Assembly (NCBI GenBank): GCA_964623335.1 | Contig: CAZUST010000003.1 | Coordinates: 869-64,868, forward strand | Length of the DNA: 64,000 bases | Direction: 5' to 3' | Source of the DNA: an uncultured Candidatus Saccharibacteria bacterium | GTDB taxonomy: Bacteria; Patescibacteriota; Minisyncoccia; Minisyncoccales; UBA5738 | Shown: in pieces, positions 54,543 to 64,000 of the stretch | How the letters are laid out: each line of letters starts with the position of its first letter | How positions within the stretch are numbered: position 1 is the stretch's first letter | Notes under the pieces: generated by a model | Seen by the model: only the letters and a program-made list of their open reading frames with translations | Told to the model about the DNA's origin: nothing | The model's database searches: none | Position numbers and translations under genes: made by a program

Positions 54543-54851
54543 TTATTTTTTCGCACTGGCAGCGGGAGCAGCCGCGGCAGCTTTGGCCTCCAATTCCTTT
54601 TGCATCTTGCCTCCGTGGCGATGGAACTTGGTCGTCGGGGAAAATTCTCCCAGTTTATGCCCCACCATTTCTTCATTGGGTTTGACCGTAATAAATTCCT
54701 TGCCATTATGGACAGCAAAGGTCAAACCGATCATATCCGGAATAATGGTGCTGCGGCGCGACCAGGTTTTAATAACGGTATTACCGCCTTTCTTGACCTT
54801 TTCGATCAAATTTTCGTCCACAAAAGGACCTTTTTTCAGACTTCTTGCCAT
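54543..54851 (-). CDS. rpsS: 30S ribosomal protein uS19
   Basis: [21 protein letters not shown]. Confidence 0.98.
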   Translation of the reverse strand: MARSLKKGPFVDENLIEKVKKGGNTVIKTWSRRSTIIPDMIGLTFAVHNGKEFITVKPNEEMVGHKLGEFSPTTKFHRHGGKMQKELEAKAAAAAPAASAKK

Positions 54852-54922
54852 AATTTAAATTCAACTTTCAACTATTAACTTTTGACGAAATCTTTTTTTG
54901 TTAATAGTTAACAGTTAATGGT

Positions 54923-55699
54923 TTATTTTTTATTTCGGCGCTTTACGATCAATTTGTTGGTCCACTTTCGGGGATTGCGCGTTTTGACACCCATCGCCGG
55001 CTTGCCCCACGGAGTTTTGGCTTTCCTCAAGCCAATACCGGTGCGGCCTTCACCGCCGCCATGCGGATGATCCGGCGGATTCATTGCGGACCCGCGCACT
55101 GTCGGCCTCCAGCCCTTATGCCTCTTAGCGCCCGCTTTACCAAAATTTTCAAAACGATATTCGGGATGGGAAACTTGGCCGATACTGGCAAAACAAGTCG
55201 CGTAAACCTTGCGAATTTCTTTGGAAGGCATCCGTAAATGCACGAAATCACCGTCGATGGCCATAACCGTAGCCATGCCTCCGGCCGAGCGAACCATTCT
55301 GCCGCCCTTGCCGACCTCCAATTCAATATTGAAAATTTCGGTACCTACCGGGACATTTCTGAGCATTACGCGGTTGCCGGTTTTTACCGGAGCATCCGCG
55401 GCGCACAAAATTTCGTCGCCGACATTCAAATTGTTGGCTGCCAAAATATAGCGTTTTTCGCCGCCTTCGTATTCCACCAACGCCAGATATGCAGTCCGGT
55501 TCGGGTCGTACTCGAAGGCCACGATATTGCCCTTAATCCCTAATTTTTCCTGGCCGAAATCAACCACGCGGTACATCTTCTTAACACCCGCGCCGCGATG
55601 GCGCACCGTAATCACGCCCGAGAAGTTTCTTCCGGCTTTGCTTTTCAGGGGTCTGAGCAAATGCTTTTCCGGCCTTTTTTGGGATAATTGGGTTTTCAT
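54923..55699 (-). CDS. rplB: 50S ribosomal protein uL2
   Basis: EYDPNR, RPTVRG.AMNP.DHPHGGGEG. Confidence 0.98.
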   Translation of the reverse strand: MKTQLSQKRPEKHLLRPLKSKAGRNFSGVITVRHRGAGVKKMYRVVDFGQEKLGIKGNIVAFEYDPNRTAYLALVEYEGGEKRYILAANNLNVGDEILCAADAPVKTGNRVMLRNVPVGTEIFNIELEVGKGGRMVRSAGGMATVMAIDGDFVHLRMPSKEIRKVYATCFASIGQVSHPEYRFENFGKAGAKRHKGWRPTVRGSAMNPPDHPHGGGEGRTGIGLRKAKTPWGKPAMGVKTRNPRKWTNKLIVKRRNKK

Positions 55700-55704
55700 A
55701 TTGG

Positions 55705-56118
55705 TTATTTAGGCAGGACTTCAATGGTTTGCCCTTTTTTGATTGAAACAATCGCTTTGCGATAACCGGGTTTCACTGATATGCCGCGGCCGCGGCGGCG
55801 ACTTTTTTCAGGGATATTCACAATATTCACTCCGGTAACCTTAACCTTGTAGCTTCCTTCGACAGCCTTGGCAATCTCGGTCTTATTGACACCGGGCGCG
55901 ACTTTGAAAACATATTTATTGGCATCCGCCAAACGCGCCGCTTTTTCGGTAATGTGAGCGCCGCGCAAAATTCTCGCCGCGGCGGCAGTCAAGCCAACCC
56001 TGCCCGTGCTTTTTTCCGCCGGGGCAAGGGCTTTCTTCGCTTTCTTGGAATCGGATGCGGCCTCAGCCTGATTTTTCGCGGCGGCCTTTTCGTCTTTTTT
56101 GAAAATATTGATTGCCAT
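55705..56118 (-). CDS. rplW: 50S ribosomal protein uL23
   Basis: ITEKA, YVFKV, KAIV. Confidence 0.96.
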   Translation of the reverse strand: MAINIFKKDEKAAAKNQAEAASDSKKAKKALAPAEKSTGRVGLTAAAARILRGAHITEKAARLADANKYVFKVAPGVNKTEIAKAVEGSYKVKVTGVNIVNIPEKSRRRGRGISVKPGYRKAIVSIKKGQTIEVLPK

Positions 56119-56120
56119 AT

Positions 56121-56810
56121 CTATTTAGATTTAGCGGTTTTCACGGGCTTGGCGGCCTTTTGCGAGTCCTCGGTATTCAAGCGTGAGATGCTGTCAATCG
56201 CCTTCACCGGCATCAGAAGATATTTCGAATTCAGCAGATCTAGAACATTCAGCTTGGCCGCTTCAATAGTTCGCACATCTTCTAAGTTGCGGCTGGCCAA
56301 GATCAGATTTTTTTCGTAACCGGGCAACGCGATCAGGACACGCCCCTTTTTGAAATTTTCAACATTCTTTTTAATGCTGGCAAGAATATTTACCATTTCC
56401 CGGGTCTTTGGCTGGCTAACCGATAAATCATCCATCATGATCAGCATATTATCCGCCATTTTGGCCGATAAAAGCATCGCCAAGGCCTTACGGCGCATCT
56501 TTTTATTGATTTTGCCGCCATAGACCTTCTCGCTTTTCGGACCAAAAACCACGCCGCCGTGGCGCCATATCGGCGACCGGTTCGACGCGTGGCGCGCCCG
56601 GCCGGTACCCTTTTGCCGCCAAGGCTTTTTGCCGCCGCCGCTTACCTCCCCTCTTCCTTTGGAATTGGCATTCCCCTGCCGGCGATTCGCCATTTGGGTA
56701 ACCGCAACCTGATAAACCAAATCCGGGTTAACTTTAACCTCGAATAAGTCTTTGGGCAATTCAATCTGCCCGGCGACTTCGCCTTTCATATTGTAAGTTT
56801 TGGCCAACAT
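56121..56810 (-). CDS. rplD: 50S ribosomal protein uL4
   Basis: EVSGGGKKPWRQKGTGRAR. Confidence 0.98.
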   Translation of the reverse strand: MLAKTYNMKGEVAGQIELPKDLFEVKVNPDLVYQVAVTQMANRRQGNANSKGRGEVSGGGKKPWRQKGTGRARHASNRSPIWRHGGVVFGPKSEKVYGGKINKKMRRKALAMLLSAKMADNMLIMMDDLSVSQPKTREMVNILASIKKNVENFKKGRVLIALPGYEKNLILASRNLEDVRTIEAAKLNVLDLLNSKYLLMPVKAIDSISRLNTEDSQKAAKPVKTAKSK

Positions 56811-56832
56811 AGTCTTGGTATCCTAGAATTGA

Positions 56833-57432
56833 TTATTCACCGCGGATTTCAATCAACGTGCCTTTTCTTCCCGGAACCGCTCCCCGGATCGCTAAAATAT
56901 TGTTTTGGGCATCGATTTTCACAACCTTCAAATTTTTAACGGTAACCCGATCGGCACCCATACGGCCCGGCATGCGACGGCCCTTGCGGATCGACGCACC
57001 CCCCATACCCACGGAACCGACATTGCGAAGTTCATGCTTCTGGCCATGCGTACATGACTTGCGGCCGGCGAATCCATGACGCTTAACCGCGCCTTGGAAT
57101 CCCTTACCTTTAGAGGTGCCGGCGACTTTCACAACATCGCCTTCCTTAAAGATAGTAACATCGATTTTGTCGCCTAAATTCGCCGCGGCATCTTTTTGAG
57201 TCAGGCGGTATTCTTTTATCGATTTGAAAGGCTTTTTGGCTTGGCTTTTTTTAACTTTTTTGGAGTCAATGGACTCGTAACCCAACTGCACCGCGGTATA
57301 GCCATCGTTTTCTTTGGTCTTTACTTGCGTTACTTGACAGGGACCAGCCTCAATCAGGGTGACGGGAGTTTTTTTACCGTCCGTAGCGAATATTTCGGAC
57401 ATGCCGATTTTTTTTCCTAGAATGAATTTCAT
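56833..57432 (-). CDS. rplC: 50S ribosomal protein uL3
   Basis: GKKIGM, DGYTAVQ, SKGKGFQG, GAVPG. Confidence 0.98.
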   Translation of the reverse strand: MKFILGKKIGMSEIFATDGKKTPVTLIEAGPCQVTQVKTKENDGYTAVQLGYESIDSKKVKKSQAKKPFKSIKEYRLTQKDAAANLGDKIDVTIFKEGDVVKVAGTSKGKGFQGAVKRHGFAGRKSCTHGQKHELRNVGSVGMGGASIRKGRRMPGRMGADRVTVKNLKVVKIDAQNNILAIRGAVPGRKGTLIEIRGE

Positions 57433-57670
57433 ATTCGGGTCAAAAGCGCGCCCTTAAGCTTCGATTTTTATATTTCGCATATCGTCCTCGACGAGCTTGA
57501 GACAATATTCAGTAAGGTTAAATCGCCTTACCATTAAGAAAACCGGGCATAGCCCGGTCTCCGCCATGACTATTCAACAATAATAATGAATCTCCCCCAG
57601 GCTTACGCCACGAGGCATCTTCGTTGAACCGCCCTCCGCAACGCTTTGGGCGCTCAATAAATGCTTTTTT

Positions 57671-57699
57671 ATTATAAGCCAAACTTACATATTTGTAAA
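57671..57699 (-). promoter_or_regulatory. Internal promoter upstream of rplC
   Basis: TTTACA-17bp-TATAAT. Confidence 0.65.
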
Positions 57700-57734
57700 C
57701 CCCTGCACCAATTATGAGGGATCTACGCCAAGAT

Positions 57735-58085
57735 CTACATCTTTATCTCGATATCCACCCCGGCCGGCAATGTTAAATTGCGCAAAGAATCAATCACTTT
57801 CGGACTGGGATTCACAATATCAAGCAACCGCTTGTGAACACGGATTTCGAACTGTTCGCGCGCGTCTTTGTGGACGAATGTGGAACGGTTCACCGTATAC
57901 TTGTGAATCTCGATCGGCAAAGGTATCGGCCCGAGAACTTCGGCACCGTAACGATAAATCGTTTCGATGATCTGCTTGGTGCAGTTATCGATTACTTTGT
58001 GATCGTATGCCCTAAGCTTGATCCGCAATTTAGGCTTGGCCTCCGCTTTAGCATCCTTATTTGCCTTTTTCGTTGTTGCTGCCAT
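57735..58085 (-). CDS. rpsJ: 30S ribosomal protein uS10
   Basis: [23 protein letters not shown]. Confidence 0.98.
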   Translation of the reverse strand: MAATTKKANKDAKAEAKPKLRIKLRAYDHKVIDNCTKQIIETIYRYGAEVLGPIPLPIEIHKYTVNRSTFVHKDAREQFEIRVHKRLLDIVNPSPKVIDSLRNLTLPAGVDIEIKM

Positions 58086-58205
58086 TTACCCTTCGAATTC
58101 CTTTTTAATTTCCATTTTGCGGATCTGCGACTCAATTAGCTTCACTTTAGTGGTAATTGAACCGCAGACCCTTATGGTGCTTTGGAATTTTATAAGTGTT
58201 ATTTG

Positions 58206-59405
58206 TTATTTTACGATCTTGGTCACGACTCCCGCGCCCACAGTCTTGCCACCCTCGCGAATAGCAAACTTGGACTTTTCCTCCAACGCGATCGGATTAA
58301 TCAATTTGACATTAAAGGTCACCGTATCGCCAGGCATAACCATTTCCACTCCGGGATTCAGAGTCACTTCGCCGGTAATGTCGCAAGTGCGAACATAAAA
58401 TTGCGGCTTGTATCCGGTAAAGAACGGAGTATGGCGACCGCCTTCTTCCTTAGTCAGGATATATACTTCGGCGGTAAATTCGGTATGGGGAGTGATCGAA
58501 CCGGGTTTGGCCAATACTTGACCGCGCTCCACGTCTTCCTTTTTCAGGCCGCGCAATAAAATACCGACATTATCGCCGGCACGGCCTTCATCCAAGATCT
58601 TCTGGAACATTTCAATCGAAACCGCGGTGGTTTTAGTCGTCGGCTTGATACCCACCAATTCAACCTCTTCATTGGCCTTAATGATACCTCTTTCAATTCT
58701 ACCGGTGGCAACGGTGCCGCGGCCAGCGATCGAAAAGACATCTTCCACAGCCATTAGGAACGGCTTTTCCGTTTCGCGAACCGGTTCGGGAATGTATTCG
58801 TCAACTTTGTCCAAAAGTTCGAGAATGGCTTTGACATTGGGATCATCAACAGAGGTCGCTTCCAGCGCTTTAAGGGCGGAACCGCGGACAAAAGGAATTT
58901 CGTCGCCGGGGAAATGATATTTCTTGAGAAGTTCGCGAACCTCGGACTCAACCAAATCGATCATTTCCGGATCGTCTACCATATCGCATTTATTCAGGAA
59001 TACCACCATTGCCGGAAGTCCTACCTGATAGGCCAGCAAAATGTGTTCGCGAGTCTGGGGCATCGCGCCATCAGCGGCGGAAACCACCAAGATACCGCCA
59101 TCCATTTGCGCCGCGCCGGTGATCATATTTTTAATGTAGTCGGCATGTCCCGGGCAGTCAATGTGAGCATAATGCCTTTTGGCGGTTTCGTATTCCAAAT
59201 GCGCGATATTGATCGTCACGCCGCGCTGCTTTTCTTCCGGAGCGGAATCAATCTGGTCCATCGTTTTCTCAACCACTTTCGGATCCTTTAAGTGCAACGC
59301 GTGCAGGATTGCCGCGCTGGTCGTGGTCTTACCATGGTCAACGTGGCCAATGGTGCCAATGTTTAAGTGCGTTTTGTCTCTGACAAATTTTTCTTTTTCT
59401 GCCAT
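58206..59405 (-). CDS. tuf: Elongation factor Tu
   Basis: [20 protein letters not shown]. Confidence 0.99.
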   Translation of the reverse strand: MAEKEKFVRDKTHLNIGTIGHVDHGKTTTSAAILHALHLKDPKVVEKTMDQIDSAPEEKQRGVTINIAHLEYETAKRHYAHIDCPGHADYIKNMITGAAQMDGGILVVSAADGAMPQTREHILLAYQVGLPAMVVFLNKCDMVDDPEMIDLVESEVRELLKKYHFPGDEIPFVRGSALKALEATSVDDPNVKAILELLDKVDEYIPEPVRETEKPFLMAVEDVFSIAGRGTVATGRIERGIIKANEEVELVGIKPTTKTTAVSIEMFQKILDEGRAGDNVGILLRGLKKEDVERGQVLAKPGSITPHTEFTAEVYILTKEEGGRHTPFFTGYKPQFYVRTCDITGEVTLNPGVEMVMPGDTVTFNVKLINPIALEEKSKFAIREGGKTVGAGVVTKIVK

Positions 59406-59526
59406 AGGTTTTTGATTTAAATTTTTTGGTTTAAAAAATAGACGAATTAAAAAGCGCAAAATAACGCGACAATTCTATATTACTCATTTTCAACCAAATG
59501 TCAAATTAAAGCCGGCGCCAAGCTTT

Positions 59527-61635
59527 TTACTTGCGCTTGCCTTCAATGATCTCGGCCGCGACATTACCCGGAACCTCTTCGTAATGGTCGAATTCCATTG
59601 TGAAAGTGCCACGTCCCTGCGTCAATGAACGCAGATTCGTGGCATAGCCGAACATTTCGGCTAAAGGAACTTTCGCGTTGATAATTTTTGATTCCATCTG
59701 GTCTTCGGTATTTTCGATGCGACCGCGGCGCGAAGAAATGTCGCCGATAACATCACCGAAAAATTCTTGCGGAATAGTGATCTCCAGTTTCATGATCGGT
59801 TCCAGCAAAATCGGATTAGCTTTGCGGGCCGCCGACTGCAATGCCATCGAACCAGCGATCTTAAACGCCATTTCCGAAGAATCGACATCGTGGAACGAGC
59901 CGTCGTACATGGTCGCTTTCATGTCGACCATGGGATACCCGGCGATAACACCTTTGGCCATTGCCTCTTCGATGCCTTTGGCCGCCGGTTTAATGAATTC
60001 CTTGGGAACCACGCCGCCCTTGATCTCATCGACAAATTCGAATCCCTCTCCCCGCCCCTTGGGTTCCAAACGGATCCAAACATCCCCGTATTGGCCGCGG
60101 CCGCCGGACTGTTTGACGAATTTACCTTGAGCTTCGGAGCTACCCTTGATAGTTTCTTTGTAAGCCACCTGCGGCCGGCCAACGTTGGCTTCCACCTTGA
60201 ATTCACGCTTCATGCGGTCAACAATGATATCCAAATGGAGTTCGCCCATGCCGCGGATGATTATCTCGTTGGTTTCTTCATCAGTTTCCACGCGGAAAGT
60301 CGGATCCTCATCGGACAGCTTCTTTAGCGCGAAGCCCATCTTTTCCTGGTCCGCTTTGGTCTTGGGTTCGATGCGAATCGAAATAACCGGTTCCGGGAAA
60401 GTAATCTTTTCCAGGACAATGGGCGCATTTTCATCGCAAAGAGTATGGCCGGTAGTCGTATTTTTTAAACCGACAGTAGCGGCAATATCGCCGGCAAGAA
60501 CTTCATCGATCTCCTTGCGGTCGTTAGCGTACATGCGCAAAATGCGGCCGATGCGCTCCTTTTCGCCGGTAGTCGTATTTAAAAGATAAGAGCCTTTTTT
60601 CAAGGTGCCCGAATAAGCGCGGAAGAATGTTAAAGTTCCCACATAAGGATCGGCCGCGATTTTGAACGCCAGCGCCGTAAACGGCTCATTGTCGTCAGGA
60701 TGACGCTCAACTTCGGTATTGGTGCGCGGATCGGTGCCTTTTACCGGCGGCACATCCAATGGGCTGGGCAGATAATAGCAAACCGCGTCGAGCATCGGCT
60801 GCACGCCGGTATTTTTCAAAGAAGAACCATAGAGTACCGGAATGATCGCTCCCTTAATCGTAGCCGCCCGCAAAGTCGCGCGCAACTCGTCGACGGAAAT
60901 TTCCTCGCCGCCGAGATACTTATTCATCAAGATTTCGTCTTCGGCAACGATCTTTTCCACCATTTTATTGCGCCAATCTTTGGCCATGTCGGCCATATCG
61001 ACCGGAATTTCCTCTTCAACCACGTCCTGGCCGTTATCGCCCTTAAAGCGCAAGGCTTTCATTTTTATCAGATCCACCACCCCATCCAGCGCGGCTTCTT
61101 CGCCGATTGGAATATTGATCGCGATCGCGTTTTTGTTCAATTTCTTCCAGATGGATTGCAGGCTGCGCTCAAAACTGGCGCCGGTACGGTCCATTTTGTT
61201 GATGAAACAAATACGGGGCACGGAATATTTGTCGGCTTGGCGCCAAACGGTTTCGGACTGGGGTTGCACGCCGGCAACGCCATCGAATACCACCACCGCA
61301 CCATCCAAAACACGCAGCGCGCGCTGAACCTCGGCGGTAAAGTCAATGTGTCCGGGGGTATCAATAATATTGAAACGGTGTTCGTTGGTTTTCTGCTTGG
61401 TCAAATATTCGCCCGGAGACCAGAAACAGGTGGTCGCCGCCGAAGTGATCGTGATTCCGCGTTCCCGCTCCTGTTCCATCCAGTCCATTATCGCCGCGCC
61501 TTCGTGCACTTCGCCGATCTTATGGGACAAGCCGGTGTAAAACAAAATGCGCTCGGAAGTGGTAGTCTTGCCGGCATCAATATGGGCGATAACGCCGAAA
61601 TTGCGGTATTTTTCAATGGGAGCGGTACGGGCCAT
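59527..61635 (-). CDS. fusA: Elongation factor G
   Basis: [29 protein letters not shown]. Confidence 0.99.
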   Translation of the reverse strand: MARTAPIEKYRNFGVIAHIDAGKTTTSERILFYTGLSHKIGEVHEGAAIMDWMEQERERGITITSAATTCFWSPGEYLTKQKTNEHRFNIIDTPGHIDFTAEVQRALRVLDGAVVVFDGVAGVQPQSETVWRQADKYSVPRICFINKMDRTGASFERSLQSIWKKLNKNAIAINIPIGEEAALDGVVDLIKMKALRFKGDNGQDVVEEEIPVDMADMAKDWRNKMVEKIVAEDEILMNKYLGGEEISVDELRATLRAATIKGAIIPVLYGSSLKNTGVQPMLDAVCYYLPSPLDVPPVKGTDPRTNTEVERHPDDNEPFTALAFKIAADPYVGTLTFFRAYSGTLKKGSYLLNTTTGEKERIGRILRMYANDRKEIDEVLAGDIAATVGLKNTTTGHTLCDENAPIVLEKITFPEPVISIRIEPKTKADQEKMGFALKKLSDEDPTFRVETDEETNEIIIRGMGELHLDIIVDRMKREFKVEANVGRPQVAYKETIKGSSEAQGKFVKQSGGRGQYGDVWIRLEPKGRGEGFEFVDEIKGGVVPKEFIKPAAKGIEEAMAKGVIAGYPMVDMKATMYDGSFHDVDSSEMAFKIAGSMALQSAARKANPILLEPIMKLEITIPQEFFGDVIGDISSRRGRIENTEDQMESKIINAKVPLAEMFGYATNLRSLTQGRGTFTMEFDHYEEVPGNVAAEIIEGKRK

Positions 61636-61744
61636 AAGTTAATTTTTAATTTTCAGTCTTCAATTTTTAAACAAAATGTTTAAAAATTGGCATTGAAAAT
61701 TAAATAGAATTTATAAGTTAGTTGTTTGGATTGATTCAATAGAT

Positions 61745-61875
61745 TATCGCGCGTCCAAGGCGGTGCGGCATTCCCGCGGAAAAGTTTATTAATCCTCCGC
61801 GGCGCGGCCGCCACCCTGCGGACTGGTATTCATCCCCGCCGCGGAGCCTCGGGGCATTCCGCCGGATTAATAAAT
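61745..61875. repeat. REP-like composite repeat (family A)
   Basis: CCGCGGAAAAGTTTATTAATCC...GATTAATAAA shared with 20428-20570. Confidence 0.7.
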
Positions 61876-61936
61876 TAAAATGCCAAAGGGTTTGGCACAC
61901 CTTTAGCATTTTAAGTTCTTTTCCAAATTGATAAAA

Positions 61937-62404
61937 CTAGAATTTGAAGTGTGCGAACGCCCGATTTGCTTCGGCCATTCGGTGAGTATCTTCTTTTTTC
62001 TTCACCGCAACGCCGGTATTGTTAGCCGCGCTTATCAGCTCTTCGGCAAGCTTATCCTTCATCGGACTGCCCTTCTTTTTACGGGCCGATTCAAGAAGCC
62101 AGCGGACCGCGAGAGCCACTCCCCTTTCTTTACCCACAGGTTTCGGCACCTGGTAAGTCGCGCCGCCGATGCGCTGGGATTTAACTTCCAGCAAAGGACG
62201 GGCGTTATTCAAAGCCAAGTCGAAAACCTCGATCGGATCTTTGCCGGTCTTTTCCTTCATAATGTCGAGGGCGCCATACACGATCTTTTTAGCGGTGTTC
62301 TTCTTGCCCTTCTTCATTATATGATTGATCACTTGAGCCACGACCACGCTGTTGTAAACCGGATCCGGGGCAACCTCTTTTTTGATATTTTTCTTGCCTG
62401 CCAT
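61937..62404 (-). CDS. rpsG: 30S ribosomal protein uS7
   Basis: [20 protein letters not shown]. Confidence 0.98.
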   Translation of the reverse strand: MAGKKNIKKEVAPDPVYNSVVVAQVINHIMKKGKKNTAKKIVYGALDIMKEKTGKDPIEVFDLALNNARPLLEVKSQRIGGATYQVPKPVGKERGVALAVRWLLESARKKKGSPMKDKLAEELISAANNTGVAVKKKEDTHRMAEANRAFAHFKF

Positions 62405-62506
62405 AGTAAATTCTTTGATTTATGATTTACGAATCATGATTTATGATCGGAATACGGAATCCGCATTTGATCTTAAATCATACATCTTAAATCGTGATTC
62501 GGTATT

Positions 62507-62917
62507 TTATTTGGGTTTCTTTACGCCGTATTTAGAGCGTTCCTGCCGGCGCTTTTCCACTCCGGCGCAGTCGAGCTTGCCTCTCACGATATGATAGCGC
62601 ACGCCGGGCAGATCCTTAACGCGGCCGCCGCGAATCAGGACGATTGAGTGCTCCTGCAATTTATGGCCTTCACCCGGAATATACGCGGTAACTTCCATAC
62701 CGTTGGTCAATTTCACGCGGGCAACCTTACGCAAAGCCGAATTAGGTTTCTTGGGAGTCGCGGTAAAAACTTTCGTGCAAATGCCCCGTTTTAAAGGCGA
62801 TTTGTAATCGCGCGGACGGTTCTTTAACGTGTTGAATCCGAAAGCCAAAGCCGGCGCCTTTGTCTTATGGGCGCGCTTTGGCCTCTTGTGTTTGATCAGT
62901 TGATGGATGGTTGCCAT
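62507..62917 (-). CDS. rpsL: 30S ribosomal protein uS12
   Basis: [22 protein letters not shown]. Confidence 0.99.
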   Translation of the reverse strand: MATIHQLIKHKRPKRAHKTKAPALAFGFNTLKNRPRDYKSPLKRGICTKVFTATPKKPNSALRKVARVKLTNGMEVTAYIPGEGHKLQEHSIVLIRGGRVKDLPGVRYHIVRGKLDCAGVEKRRQERSKYGVKKPK

Positions 62918-63053
62918 AAATAATCGATGAGTTAATGAATAACGAGTTGATGAGAAAACGCAAAATAAAAACTTGATGAGCCGTTGACTCAAACATTTAA
63001 ATAAATACCATAATCGGGAATAAAAGTCAATTTTCCCTGAAAGCAAAAAAATA

Positions 63054-63689
63054 CTAAACCAGCGGCGCGCCCACGATCAGACGGTATAAAAATTCAATAA
63101 TGGGGCTAATGATGCCCGAAAAAAAATAAATTATCAGCAGTAAAATCCAGAAACCGTATTTCTGCAGAAATATTTTGAAATCTTCCTGGGATTTCGGCAG
63201 AAAGGTGAACAAAATACGGGAACCGTCGAGCGGCGGGATCGGAATAAGGTTAAAAACCGCCAATACAAGATTAACAACCACAACCACCTGACAAAGCGCG
63301 TAAAATCCCGCGCTAACCGGATTGGAAACCGCCGGCCAAAACCGCAACAATAATCCGAAGACGGCCGCCAGGGCGATATTAGCGGCGGCGCCGGCGACGG
63401 CAACTTTAGCTTCGCCGTATTTACGATCACGGAAATTATAAGGGTTGATCGGTACCGGCTTGGCATAACCGAAGACAAACGCTCCTTGCGAGATCAGGTA
63501 GAGGATCAAGGGCAAAATGAACGAACCGATCGGGTCCAAATGCTTCAAGGGGTTCAGCGACAGACGGCCGGCGTATTTGGCGGTCAAATCACCCTGCGCC
63601 GCGGCCGCGGCGCCATGCGCGATCTCGTGGATCATTATCGAAATTATCAGCACAATCACCATAAACACTGCCGATAGAAGATCAACCAT
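63054..63689 (-). CDS. Site-2 protease family (M50) membrane peptidase
   Basis: [23 protein letters not shown]. Confidence 0.92.
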   Translation of the reverse strand: MVDLLSAVFMVIVLIISIMIHEIAHGAAAAAQGDLTAKYAGRLSLNPLKHLDPIGSFILPLILYLISQGAFVFGYAKPVPINPYNFRDRKYGEAKVAVAGAAANIALAAVFGLLLRFWPAVSNPVSAGFYALCQVVVVVNLVLAVFNLIPIPPLDGSRILFTFLPKSQEDFKIFLQKYGFWILLLIIYFFSGIISPIIEFLYRLIVGAPLV

Positions 63690-64000
63690 AATAATTATAT
63701 GACTTTCGCGTTCGAAAAATTAAATTTTAAGCCGCAAAAGTTATATTTTAGTTAATTGTTGACGCCGGGAAGCGCCGGGAAGCAACGCGATAAATGTATT
63801 GAAAGGGATGGTAATTGTCAATATGCCGTTTTTAATATGCCGTTTTTAAATCAAATATATATTTCCCAAATGTATATTTTCCCATCCACCGGTTTTCAAA
63901 GGCTTGCCCCGGGATTGTTTCTGGATAAAAGAGAGGTTTGGGCAAATTGTATCATAACATGGGCGGCTTCCGCAAATAATAACGTCTACGCACATACTAA

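Noticed and set aside
63773-63850. Short tandem duplications (GCCGGGAAGC x2; AATATGCCGTTTTT x2)
   Set aside because: Two copies each near the window edge; no supportable function.
1-64000. Alternative genetic code (TGA recoding)
   Set aside because: Conserved genes are full length under code 11 and TGA ends genes at expected positions (e.g. rplN).

Overview
Chromosomal window of a small-genome bacterium using the standard code. It is most likely Patescibacteria/Parcubacteria: uL30 is absent from the spc operon and several genes resemble CPR-type families (taxonomy is inferred). Left to right: (1) a type IV pilin/PilC/PilB cluster (1-4707); (2) a ~15.2-kb integrative element (4991-20154) inserted in the 3' end of tRNA-Asp, carrying a type III R-M system, a primase-helicase, unknown genes and a large serine recombinase; (3) three tRNAs; (4) housekeeping genes gatA/gatC, two mreB, proS, rseP, frr and holB, an MFS gene bracketed by twin MITEs, and a PEGA protein; (5) the str-S10-spc-alpha ribosomal cluster with four genes inserted between map and infA. 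The most striking signal is that the recombinase gene is split by its own att site. Its missing in-frame C-terminal tail lies 15 kb away at the other element end, in two homologous copies. The gene also carries a replacement tRNA terminator and CCA, and sits behind a pseudoknot/attenuator-like leader. Intergenic DNA is rich in several palindromic repeat families. All calls come from reading the sequence by eye; no database searches or folding programs were run.
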